The position numbers and the translations under genes are program-made. Of a stretch of 64,000 nucleotides of DNA, positions 56,398-64,000 are shown piece by piece. The DNA is from an uncultured Sulfolobales archaeon (GTDB taxonomy: Archaea; Thermoproteota; Thermoprotei_A; Sulfolobales; NBVN01). The stretch lies in NCBI GenBank assembly GCA_937949785.1, contig CALEDH010000019.1, forward strand, positions 398 through 64,397, written 5' to 3'. Positions within the stretch are counted from its first letter, which is position 1. Each line of letters opens with the position of its first letter. Under the pieces are notes generated by a model. The model was not told the origin of the DNA. It saw only the letters and a program-made list of their open reading frames with translations, and searched no databases.

Positions 56398-59300
56398 ATG
56401 GTAATACCGATGTATAGGTTGCTACGTACTGTGAATATAGTCTTATTGTTAATGTTCATATTACTTAATATTACTGCTGTTTATGGAGTTATTACGGTCT
56501 CAGCAACCGGTTCTGATTTCAGACTTATTGGGTATGGTTGGAGATCACCAACATCTCCTGACAGAGTATATCCAGGTAGTTCTAAGGTAAGTTATTACGT
56601 ATCACTAATGTATGTCAGCGGTAGTAGCGTGGTTAAGGTCTACGCTGAGTTGTACCTCCCCCAAGGCATTACCACTTTCTCAGAGGGTTCTAGGATAGCT
56701 TACAGTGAGTATGATACTAGTTTAAGTAGATATGACGTAATTACCTTAGGGTTCTCAAACCTAAATATCTCAAAAGCTTTGAAGCCGGGGACCTACAAAG
56801 CTGAGTTAAGACTCACATACGTATTAGTCGGCGGCATCGAATACGGTTCCACAGTATATGTCCCGATGGTAGTTAGTGAGGTACCTCAAGAACCTCTAGA
56901 GCTTGTAGACTATTATTGGTCTACTAGGGGAGGGTTACGGAGGTCCTTAACACCTGGGTTTGGAGAGGTAGACATGGTTTTCTACTTGAGGGTAAGAGAT
57001 GATGTGGTGATACGTAATATTTACGCAGTTATGCTTCTTCCGGAGGGGCTTAGCTGCGGGGATTTAAGAAATGCTACCTCAGTGATTGAGAATATACGTT
57101 ATGTTAAGGGGGACCTCATAGAGCTTAGGTTTAATTACATTGATGTCAGCAGCAATGTCAATGAAGGGGAATTCAACCTCACCATCTACCTTAACTCTCA
57201 ATTAGACCTGTACGGACTGACTACCAACGTAACTCAGTACTTTAACGTGGTCTCAAACATTGATTACGTAAGTCTGAGGATTTTAGAATTAGTAGATTTG
57301 TTCTGGGGTAGTGATAGACCAGTACCAGTCTATCCTAATACGTCTAAAGCCTCTTTATCAGTGGTCTTAATGAATGTCGGTACTGACAACATCTACGGTT
57401 TGGTTGGCAGACTCCTCCTACCAAGAGGTTTTACACATATATACGGTGATGAGGTGGTTAATAACTCCTATGCAGGTAGGTTGGGTCAGGGAAGTACGGT
57501 AACATTGATTTTCGACCACATCAACCTAGGTAATGATGTACGTCCAGGTAATTACCAATTTAAGTTAGTAGTTGAATACTTTATAGATTTTGAGGGGAGT
57601 TCCGTTAGGGTCTCTCAGGAATACAATCTCTCACTACAGGTTTTAGAGGTAGGGGAGTTCTTATCAGTGATATCTGTTCGTTGGAACAATGAGTATGGTG
57701 TGGCATTCCCAGGGAGTAGGGGAGAACTTGAAGTAACCCTATCTAACTGGGGTGAATACGCTATTGACCTAATAGAACCTACTTCAATAGACTTACCATC
57801 AGGTTTTAAGTTATTAGGTATTAGAGGGGACTGCCTTAACAGCCTACCTCCTTACTCCACATGTTCCTTAATACTCTCCGTAGATGTAGACACCGACGTA
57901 ATGCCAGGTAGTCATAAATTAAGTATAGGTCTGAGGTACTTAATCAGAATTGGAAGTTCTGACATAGTACACCATAGAGGTCTAACTAGTAATTTTATGG
58001 TAACGGATCCAGAGCTCTTCGGCGCTAAATTACAACCAGCCGCAGTATTATGGGGTGACACCGCAAATCCTAGGGAGGCATTACCTGGCAGTAGGTTACT
58101 CCCGTTAACCGTTGAATTGGTTAACATTGGTAGAGATGTCGCTACTGGGGTAATTGCTGATATAGAATTGCCTAGCGGTTTGATGTTAGCGTATCCTGGC
58201 AGTAGGGCTTCATGTGATAGGGTTGAGAGGGGAGGGAGTTGTACTCTGAGATACTACGTGAATGTAGATCGATTAGTAGAACCCGATATCTACAAGTCAA
58301 AGCTGACTGTTAAATACGTAACTTACTTCAGCTCAGCTAACTTAAGTAAGGTGGAGTCCTTCAATATAAGCTTACCTATAAGTAGGTACCCTAGGGAGTT
58401 AAAACTCTACGTTGTTGAGGCTAATTGGAGTAATAGTTGGCCTGCATACCCAGGTGATAGAGCTGTGTTTAACGTGAGGTTAGCTAACTTAGGTCCTTAC
58501 GCTATATCCTCGGTTATTTCTAGGTTAGAGCTACCTAAGGGCTTTAGATGCGATAGTAGTGTATGTGAGTCCTACTTCTCAGGGCCTTTACAGCAGTACC
58601 AGCAGTTCAACACTTCATTTAAGGTGTTAGTAGGTAGGGATGTGGAGCCAGGTACTTACAGAGGGGGATTAACGCTTGACTACGTAGTTCAAACAGGTGG
58701 TTATGGGATTAGACTAACCGATGTGTACGATGTTGACATATACGTAAGCAATGTTTCAGATTCTATGAGGTTAGTAGGTATTTACTGGGTTAACACAACA
58801 CCTTCTAAGGGTGATGTTGGGTTGATGAGAGTTATCTTGAGATGTGATGGAATATATGCTTTAAACGGGTTAGTGCTGACGCTGAACCTACCTGAAGGTA
58901 TGGTAGCAGTTCCAAATAACTCCTCTAAAATCTCAATTCCGTACTACCAGCAATTACAGCTAGGTTTAGGTGGGCTGCCTGCACAGATAGTAGCACCCAC
59001 TGAGGTCGCTCAAGGAGATATAATATATGTTGACCTACCGGTGAGGGTCTTAGAAGTACCTGAAATAGGGGCTACGTTAACTATCATAGCTGAATTCCTA
59101 GACCATTGGAATTCATTGCAGGAAGTACGTATGGAAGCACCTATCTACATCTTAAGTAAGTCAAGAATGCTTGATATAGAGCCTGTAGATAATGTAGTTG
59201 TAGCAGGTAAGAGGTTTAGCGAGGTTAGTTTTAGATTCTTAAATCTAGGGGACTCACATCTATATAACTTAGTAGTATTCGCGCTATCACCTTACTCCGG

Positions 59301-59976
59301 CATAAGCTTCTTAGATCCGGTAAGGTACATCGATTCCCTTGGTGGAGGTAACGCAGCGGTGTTGAGATTTAAGGCTACAGCTAATCCTGGGGTACTTGAA
59401 GGTCCTTACCCAGCACTTTTCACGGTAGTACTTCAGGACTTTAGCGGTAGGGTTTACACGTTAAACCTAACATCAGCTTTAATAGTTAAGGGTTTAGAAG
59501 CCGTTAGGTTATTGAATCCTCAGATAAATCCTGAAACAGTAACTAATGGGAGCACCATATCCTTCTCGGCAACGATAATTAATGAGGGTAGGACGCCTTT
59601 AAGGCATATGACGGCATCTTTAGAGTCAGAAATACTATCTCAGAATAGCACTTACTACATAGGTAATGTAGATCCTGATTCACAAATACCTATATCATTA
59701 AGGACCGCTATTAGGGGTGATATACCTTCAGGTAATTACTGTATGAGGGTATTAATCACCTACTATGACGTATTTCATGAATTAAGAACTTACGAGGAGG
59801 TCTACTGTATTAACGTAATAGCTAACCTAACTCCTACTCAAACACCTCAAATATTTGAAATACCACCAATAAACTTAATGGTCTTAGCAGGAGTTATAGC
59901 ATTTGTTATAAGCGTTACTGTATTCTACTTACTGTGGTTTAAGAAAAAGGTGGGGAGGAGTGATCAACGTAGTTGA
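56398..59976 (+). CDS. very large cell-surface protein built of ~9-10 CARDB/COG1361-like beta-domain repeats, with N-terminal signal/anchor and C-terminal TM helix
   Basis: N-terminal hydrophobic segment IVLLLMFILLNITAVYG. A module W..x(5-10)..[VA][YFL]PG[SD]..x..[LV].N.G.....[LI]..LP.G[FLM] recurs at least 7 times. C-terminal helix LMVLAGVIAFVISVTVFYLLWF is followed by KKK. Confidence 0.75.
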   Translation: MVIPMYRLLRTVNIVLLLMFILLNITAVYGVITVSATGSDFRLIGYGWRSPTSPDRVYPGSSKVSYYVSLMYVSGSSVVKVYAELYLPQGITTFSEGSRIAYSEYDTSLSRYDVITLGFSNLNISKALKPGTYKAELRLTYVLVGGIEYGSTVYVPMVVSEVPQEPLELVDYYWSTRGGLRRSLTPGFGEVDMVFYLRVRDDVVIRNIYAVMLLPEGLSCGDLRNATSVIENIRYVKGDLIELRFNYIDVSSNVNEGEFNLTIYLNSQLDLYGLTTNVTQYFNVVSNIDYVSLRILELVDLFWGSDRPVPVYPNTSKASLSVVLMNVGTDNIYGLVGRLLLPRGFTHIYGDEVVNNSYAGRLGQGSTVTLIFDHINLGNDVRPGNYQFKLVVEYFIDFEGSSVRVSQEYNLSLQVLEVGEFLSVISVRWNNEYGVAFPGSRGELEVTLSNWGEYAIDLIEPTSIDLPSGFKLLGIRGDCLNSLPPYSTCSLILSVDVDTDVMPGSHKLSIGLRYLIRIGSSDIVHHRGLTSNFMVTDPELFGAKLQPAAVLWGDTANPREALPGSRLLPLTVELVNIGRDVATGVIADIELPSGLMLAYPGSRASCDRVERGGSCTLRYYVNVDRLVEPDIYKSKLTVKYVTYFSSANLSKVESFNISLPISRYPRELKLYVVEANWSNSWPAYPGDRAVFNVRLANLGPYAISSVISRLELPKGFRCDSSVCESYFSGPLQQYQQFNTSFKVLVGRDVEPGTYRGGLTLDYVVQTGGYGIRLTDVYDVDIYVSNVSDSMRLVGIYWVNTTPSKGDVGLMRVILRCDGIYALNGLVLTLNLPEGMVAVPNNSSKISIPYYQQLQLGLGGLPAQIVAPTEVAQGDIIYVDLPVRVLEVPEIGATLTIIAEFLDHWNSLQEVRMEAPIYILSKSRMLDIEPVDNVVVAGKRFSEVSFRFLNLGDSHLYNLVVFALSPYSGISFLDPVRYIDSLGGGNAAVLRFKATANPGVLEGPYPALFTVVLQDFSGRVYTLNLTSALIVKGLEAVRLLNPQINPETVTNGSTISFSATIINEGRTPLRHMTASLESEILSQNSTYYIGNVDPDSQIPISLRTAIRGDIPSGNYCMRVLITYYDVFHELRTYEEVYCINVIANLTPTQTPQIFEIPPINLMVLAGVIAFVISVTVFYLLWFKKKVGRSDQRS

Positions 59977-59977
59977 C

Positions 59978-61165
59978 ATGATTATGTTAGCATTTAGCGC
60001 TCTAAATGAGAGGAGGTTAAGATCTATTCTAACAATATTGGGCATAGCTATAGGTCCGGCGGCAATGGTATCTATAATAGGGACTACGGAAGGGTATACG
60101 GATACGATAGTTGAGCAGCTTCAATCTCTTGGGCAGAACACTGTCGTGTTATTCCCTGCTAAGGACTATAGATTAAGCGACTATGATGTGGACAGGGTAA
60201 AGGTGTTAGAGGAAGTGGAGATGGTAACTCCCTTCTACCAGTCTAGAGGGCAGTTCAGGAAGCCTGACGGTAGTACCATGGTGGTAACCATCTACGCCTT
60301 AGACCTAAACATATTGAATAAGATAATAGTTGGTAGTAGTATAGCTGAAGGTATGATACCACCACCGACAATGTATACTTACTGCATAGCTGGTGATAAA
60401 GTAGTATCGGATAGTAACATAAGGTATTACAGGGTAGGTGATGCAGTAACCCTCAACATATTAGTTATGAGGGATGGTAAGCCTTCGTTAAAGACAGTCT
60501 CGGTTAGGATTTCAGGTGTTTTATCTCCATACGGATCCGTATTTCCAGTTAATCCTGATGAATCATTATTCCTCCCTCTCCAAGCCGGGAGGTCCTTATT
60601 AAGCCTAAAGGACTACTCAGGTATCTTCATAATAGTTAGGAGTGCTGAATTAGTTGAAAGCTTAGTTAATAGGCTTAAGAATATTTACGGGGATAGCGTT
60701 CAGATAATATCCCTTAAGGAAATAGCTAGGACTGTAAGTAACATAATAAATATACTTGATAACCTCTTCTTCACAGTATCATCAATAAGTTTCGCAGTGG
60801 CGTTTACCGGTATAATGTCTACGATGTTTACCTCTGTAGTTGAGAGGACTAGAGAGATAGGTGTGCTGAAAGCCTTAGGATTTAGCAGCAACGACGTATT
60901 ACTTTTATTTCTCCTCGAATCAATACTTATGACTTTAATAGGAGTTACTGCCGGGATTAGTGGCGGGGTCATCGGGGCTTACTTCATTGCTTACAGACCA
61001 TTAGAACTTGTAGGGAGGTGGACAGTGATTTCAGAGCCGAAGATTACTTGGTGGTTAATTACTAGGGCTATTGGGCTGTCTCTAATGGTTGGTATAGTTG
61101 GGGGCTTACTACCTGCTTGGAAAGCCTCTAAGATGGTCCCAGTAGAAGCCTTAAGATATGAGTAA
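59978..61165 (+). CDS. ABC transporter permease, FtsX/MacB-type
   Basis: TM1 (LRSILTILGIAIGPAAMVS), a ~220-aa extracytoplasmic MacB-like domain, and a C-terminal FtsX 3-TM bundle (REIGVLKALGFS...). I prefer the ATG at 59978 over the tracked GTG at 59960. Confidence 0.8.
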   Translation: MIMLAFSALNERRLRSILTILGIAIGPAAMVSIIGTTEGYTDTIVEQLQSLGQNTVVLFPAKDYRLSDYDVDRVKVLEEVEMVTPFYQSRGQFRKPDGSTMVVTIYALDLNILNKIIVGSSIAEGMIPPPTMYTYCIAGDKVVSDSNIRYYRVGDAVTLNILVMRDGKPSLKTVSVRISGVLSPYGSVFPVNPDESLFLPLQAGRSLLSLKDYSGIFIIVRSAELVESLVNRLKNIYGDSVQIISLKEIARTVSNIINILDNLFFTVSSISFAVAFTGIMSTMFTSVVERTREIGVLKALGFSSNDVLLLFLLESILMTLIGVTAGISGGVIGAYFIAYRPLELVGRWTVISEPKITWWLITRAIGLSLMVGIVGGLLPAWKASKMVPVEALRYE

Positions 61166-61236
61166 CATCATGTATATTAACATCCTTATCCCTACTATAC
61201 ATTGGTGTTCGTAAATTGCCTTTAAGGGAGGACATT

Positions 61237-61617
61237 ATGGATAGTAAGTTTAGAGGCATGGCTGTTAGGGTCTCATTAATCAACGGTGAGGACTTCGAAG
61301 GAATCGTAGACGACGTCGCTAGGTATGAGTTAGGATTAACAATACGTGATTCCTTCTACATAGTGTTCAGGCATAGTATAGCATTCATTGAGGTAAACGC
61401 GGTAGATCTCCATGGAGAGAAGCGGGCAGAACTAGATGATTCGTTAATAACAGCTGACTTCATAGGCGTTGACGCAGACATTTTACTCATAAATAATAGG
61501 AAGTTAAGCGGTAGACTCATAAAGATTTCAAAATACGAATTGGGTATTAGAGCAGATGATAAAGGCTTAATAATACCTAAGAGTAGTATTATCTACATAA
61601 AGATCCGTAAAAGTTAG
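61237..61617 (+). CDS. tandem Sm/Hfq-like domain protein
   Basis: There are two internal repeats: VRVSLINGEDFEGIVDDVARYELGLTIRDSFYIVFRHSIAFIEV and ADILLINNRKLSGRLIKISKYELGIRADDKGLIIPKSSIIYIKI. Repeat 1 carries an Hfq-type Sm2 signature, [YF][KR]H[AS]I. I prefer the ATG at 61237 over the tracked TTG at 61216. Confidence 0.6.
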   Translation: MDSKFRGMAVRVSLINGEDFEGIVDDVARYELGLTIRDSFYIVFRHSIAFIEVNAVDLHGEKRAELDDSLITADFIGVDADILLINNRKLSGRLIKISKYELGIRADDKGLIIPKSSIIYIKIRKS

Positions 61618-62013
61618 CCATTCTCAGCAGTTTAAATAATTGTTTTGGGGGTTACCTAGGTGTGTGGAGAGTTAGATTTCCTCAAATGGGTTGAGCTGAT
61701 GACGTTCTCGGTAGGCTCTGAGGAAGTTAAAGGTAGTGGGGTTTGTCAGCAGTTCCTGGATAGTTATAAGTTCTTGAGTAGTACTTAACCATGATGTGAG
61801 GATGTGTTTAGGAGTCTATATAGTTATTGTTAACCTCTACGTATGAAGTTTTGAGGATATAATTATTAACTATTCGGCAGTGGTGATTATAAAGTCTACG
61901 TGGATAATACTAACGTAATACCCTAAGTAGTGTTTACAGTAAGCTGTGGTTTTAGATCCATTATCGAAGCACTTAAATAAGTTAGCCGTAATATCAATCC
62001 TGGTTGAATATTT

Positions 62014-62718
62014 TTGGGTAGTCTTAGCGAGTCTATAGTGCTTGACTCCCTCTATAAGTATGGGGAGAAGGCGTTCGTAGTCTTAAAAACTGCATATGAG
62101 GTATATCAGAATAACTCGGTTAGCGGTAAGAAGTTATTAGGTGACTTCGACTTTAAGACTTTAATAAATAAGTTAAGGGAAAAGGGACTTAACTACAACC
62201 CTAATCAACTATTAAGGATTATGGAGAGAGACTTCGGGATTATTGAAACTACTTACAGATCTTCAAATCAGAGGTGGTGGAAGTTTAACGACCCGTCAGC
62301 TGTTTCTAAGGCTCTGAAGATCTATGAGGGTAAGTACGAAGATATTGCTGAAGGTGACCCGGAAATAATCTTACTTAAACTACAGGTAGATATAGTTAAT
62401 ATCGACTCTCTTTTAAAGACCCTAGCTGAGCTAACCTCTAAGGAGACATTAACAACTGCTGAGAAGGGTAAGGTTAAGCAGCTAATATTCGATGATGTAC
62501 CGCTAATTGTTAAGTTATTTAAGGAGACCCAAAACCTAGATGAAGAATTTAAGGATTTTAATAGTAAGGTGAGGTTGATGCTTAAACACCTCCTAATCTT
62601 AGTTAAGAAATTTAAAGGAATTAACATATCTATCGGTGATTTAAACTATGAAGGAGTTGAAGCCATTAACAACCAACAAATTAGAAGTACCACAGATGGT
62701 AAGGACATCCCTATCTAG
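62014..62718 (+). CDS. hypothetical protein
   Basis: 234-aa ORF with a TTG start, a Lys/Glu-rich helical character, and no recognised motif. Confidence 0.45.
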   Translation: MGSLSESIVLDSLYKYGEKAFVVLKTAYEVYQNNSVSGKKLLGDFDFKTLINKLREKGLNYNPNQLLRIMERDFGIIETTYRSSNQRWWKFNDPSAVSKALKIYEGKYEDIAEGDPEIILLKLQVDIVNIDSLLKTLAELTSKETLTTAEKGKVKQLIFDDVPLIVKLFKETQNLDEEFKDFNSKVRLMLKHLLILVKKFKGINISIGDLNYEGVEAINNQQIRSTTDGKDIPI

Positions 62719-62819
62719 CCTTTAAATTTACTTGATGAACGTTATTACTGAACGTGTTGAAAAGCTTTAGAAAGTGATTTAGAGATCGTCACGTACTACA
62801 TGCTATGTAGGTCGGTAAG

Positions 62820-63599
62820 TCATTTAAGTAAATTTAAATCCTTAGAAAGCGTGTGGAGTTTGTTTAATATATATTTAATAACTTCCTTGAGGACTTCCTC
62901 GTTGCTATACCCCTCAAGTATTTTCCTTAATTCCTCAGTGCTGAGGGTTTTCTGGATGTTTACCTCTTCAATTAATTTAGGTATTGCCCTCACTATGTTA
63001 TCTACTATTGATATGCTTGCAGCTCTTGAAGTTCTTGAAATAGGGTTTAAATCGATCGCTATTACGGTCTTACCTAATCTTCTAAGGGCTTCAGTCCTAT
63101 CCCCATCTTCTAATGGGACTAATACGACATCAGCACTGTAAATACCTTTTAAGCTTACCTTCCTCCTCTCGCTGAATATTTCATCTATTGTTATTAAATC
63201 ATCATTAACTCCGAATACTTCCTCTGCACCATACGACCTTAGAATATTATATATCTTCATCTCCCTATCTCGAATTCTATGAAACAGGTTGACTTCGATC
63301 TTGGCATTAACTAACTTAGCCAACTTAACTATTCCTTCAGGGACTAAAGCAGCCGTGTTACCGTTAACTGATATTACTGGATGTTTAGCTAGGCGTAGGG
63401 CCGCTGCAGCAGCCCTTATAGATTTAAGGGCTGGCGGTATCGTCTCCTCACCTATTAGGTAGTCAAAGCACTCCCCCCTACCGTGAGCGATTAATCCCTG
63501 TTCGACAACATATCCATCTTTAAACCCCCTTACGAGTTTCTCCCTAATCATCAGGGATTCATACCTTGGATGATTAGGATTTATCTGATCCATCTTCAC
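62820..63599 (-). CDS. archaeal phosphopantothenate synthetase (4-phosphopantoate--beta-alanine ligase)
   Basis: HPRYESLMIREKL...GLIAHGRGECFDYLIGE...ISVNGNTAALVP...VPLEDGDRTEAL...IAIDLNPISRT...IVDNIVRA matches the archaeal PPS (COG1701) family pattern. Confidence 0.85.
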   Translation of the reverse strand: MKMDQINPNHPRYESLMIREKLVRGFKDGYVVEQGLIAHGRGECFDYLIGEETIPPALKSIRAAAAALRLAKHPVISVNGNTAALVPEGIVKLAKLVNAKIEVNLFHRIRDREMKIYNILRSYGAEEVFGVNDDLITIDEIFSERRKVSLKGIYSADVVLVPLEDGDRTEALRRLGKTVIAIDLNPISRTSRAASISIVDNIVRAIPKLIEEVNIQKTLSTEELRKILEGYSNEEVLKEVIKYILNKLHTLSKDLNLLK

Positions 63600-64000
63600 A
63601 TCACTATAAGACCATGTCTTGCAATGTTAAATACCTTAGGCGTTCCAACAACCCTCGACAACTCATGGACCACGTCTAGGAGGTAGGTGTCCTCAACAAT
63701 AACTACTAACAATTTTTTCTTTACGAAGTACCCTAAAACACCTCCCTTCCTCATGAAATTTGACATCATATCGCTTAATAACCTATTTAATTCATTACTC
63801 AGCATACCTACCCTCAAGCTGAACTCATGGGATAGATCTGCAAAGACCTCAATACTAGGAGTTTCTACAAACTTCGTATACACCTCAACACCAACAGTAT
63901 TTATGAAGCTACCGAATTTAGACATCATCTCCTTGGTGGTGAGATCACCTAATGAGACTGTGACAACCCTTAATGAGCTACTAACAGGTATGAGGTCGAC
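63596..64000 (-). CDS. probable pantoate kinase (GHMP kinase family), C-terminal part; 5' end beyond the window
   Basis: The frame stays open from the tracked Met at 63928 to the window edge. A 4-nt overlap couples it to the PPS gene. The assignment rests mainly on the common PoK-PPS pairing in archaea. Confidence 0.4.
   Translation of the reverse strand, partial: VDLIPVSSSLRVVTVSLGDLTTKEMMSKFGSFINTVGVEVYTKFVETPSIEVFADLSHEFSLRVGMLSNELNRLLSDMMSNFMRKGGVLGYFVKKKLLVVIVEDTYLLDVVHELSRVVGTPKVFNIARHGLIVM

Noticed and set aside
61690-61730. Possible C/D box sRNA (CUGAUGA ... CUGA on the plus strand)
   Set aside because: The spacer is 15 nt rather than about 12, and no C' box or terminal D box follows.

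Overview
The window reads as a chromosomal, mostly housekeeping segment of a hyperthermophilic crenarchaeon. Supporting this are reverse gyrase, an intron-containing tRNA, a C/D box sRNA, TFS, RNA polymerase subunit L, exosome Csl4, Dph2, the archaeal PoK/PPS coenzyme A genes, and TATA-like A/T boxes before genes. The gene style suggests Thermoproteales (Caldivirga/Vulcanisaeta-like), but that is inference only.

Contents in order:
- An S-layer-like surface gene pair and one unannotated C/D box sRNA.
- Sugar-nucleotide and glycosylation genes, and an Lhr-type helicase.
- A flavodiiron protein, an RCK plus MscS-like pair, and a thioredoxin.
- hypF followed by a complete 13-gene Mbh/Mrp-type membrane-bound [NiFe] hydrogenase cluster in a permuted gene order.
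- A ThiS/MoaD-like ubiquitin-fold protein with a tail after its GG, then sufC and sufBD.
- A Zn alcohol dehydrogenase and a B12-binding radical SAM gene with an apparent frameshift.
- A biotin-dependent carboxyltransferase/OadG-like/BCCP trio.
- A MobB-FeS fusion and two tungsten-type aldehyde:ferredoxin oxidoreductase loci.
- Family B DNA polymerase, SAH hydrolase, GlmS and a GlmU-like enzyme.
- tRNA-Asp (apparently two introns) and tRNA-Val.
- L10e, Dph2, Csl4, reverse gyrase and CTP synthase.
- RpoL, an orphan ORF and TFS.
- A 1192-aa multi-repeat surface protein with an FtsX-type permease.
- A tandem Hfq/Sm-like protein.
- Phosphopantothenate synthetase with a partial GHMP-type (pantoate) kinase.

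I found no CRISPR array, no recognisable transposase, integrase or provirus, and no classical defence island.

The items I consider most worth a second look are:
1. The tandem Hfq-like protein.
2. Two paralogous unannotated Cys-rich (twin Cx3C-like) micro-ORFs in intergenic DNA.
3. The ubiquitin-fold protein with a C-terminal extension after GG.
4. The permuted Mbh cluster.
5. The giant repeat surface protein with an ATPase-less FtsX permease.
6. The two-intron tRNA-Asp.
7. Several long, structured, GC-elevated non-coding regions.

All functional calls rest on motif recognition by eye. No database search was run.
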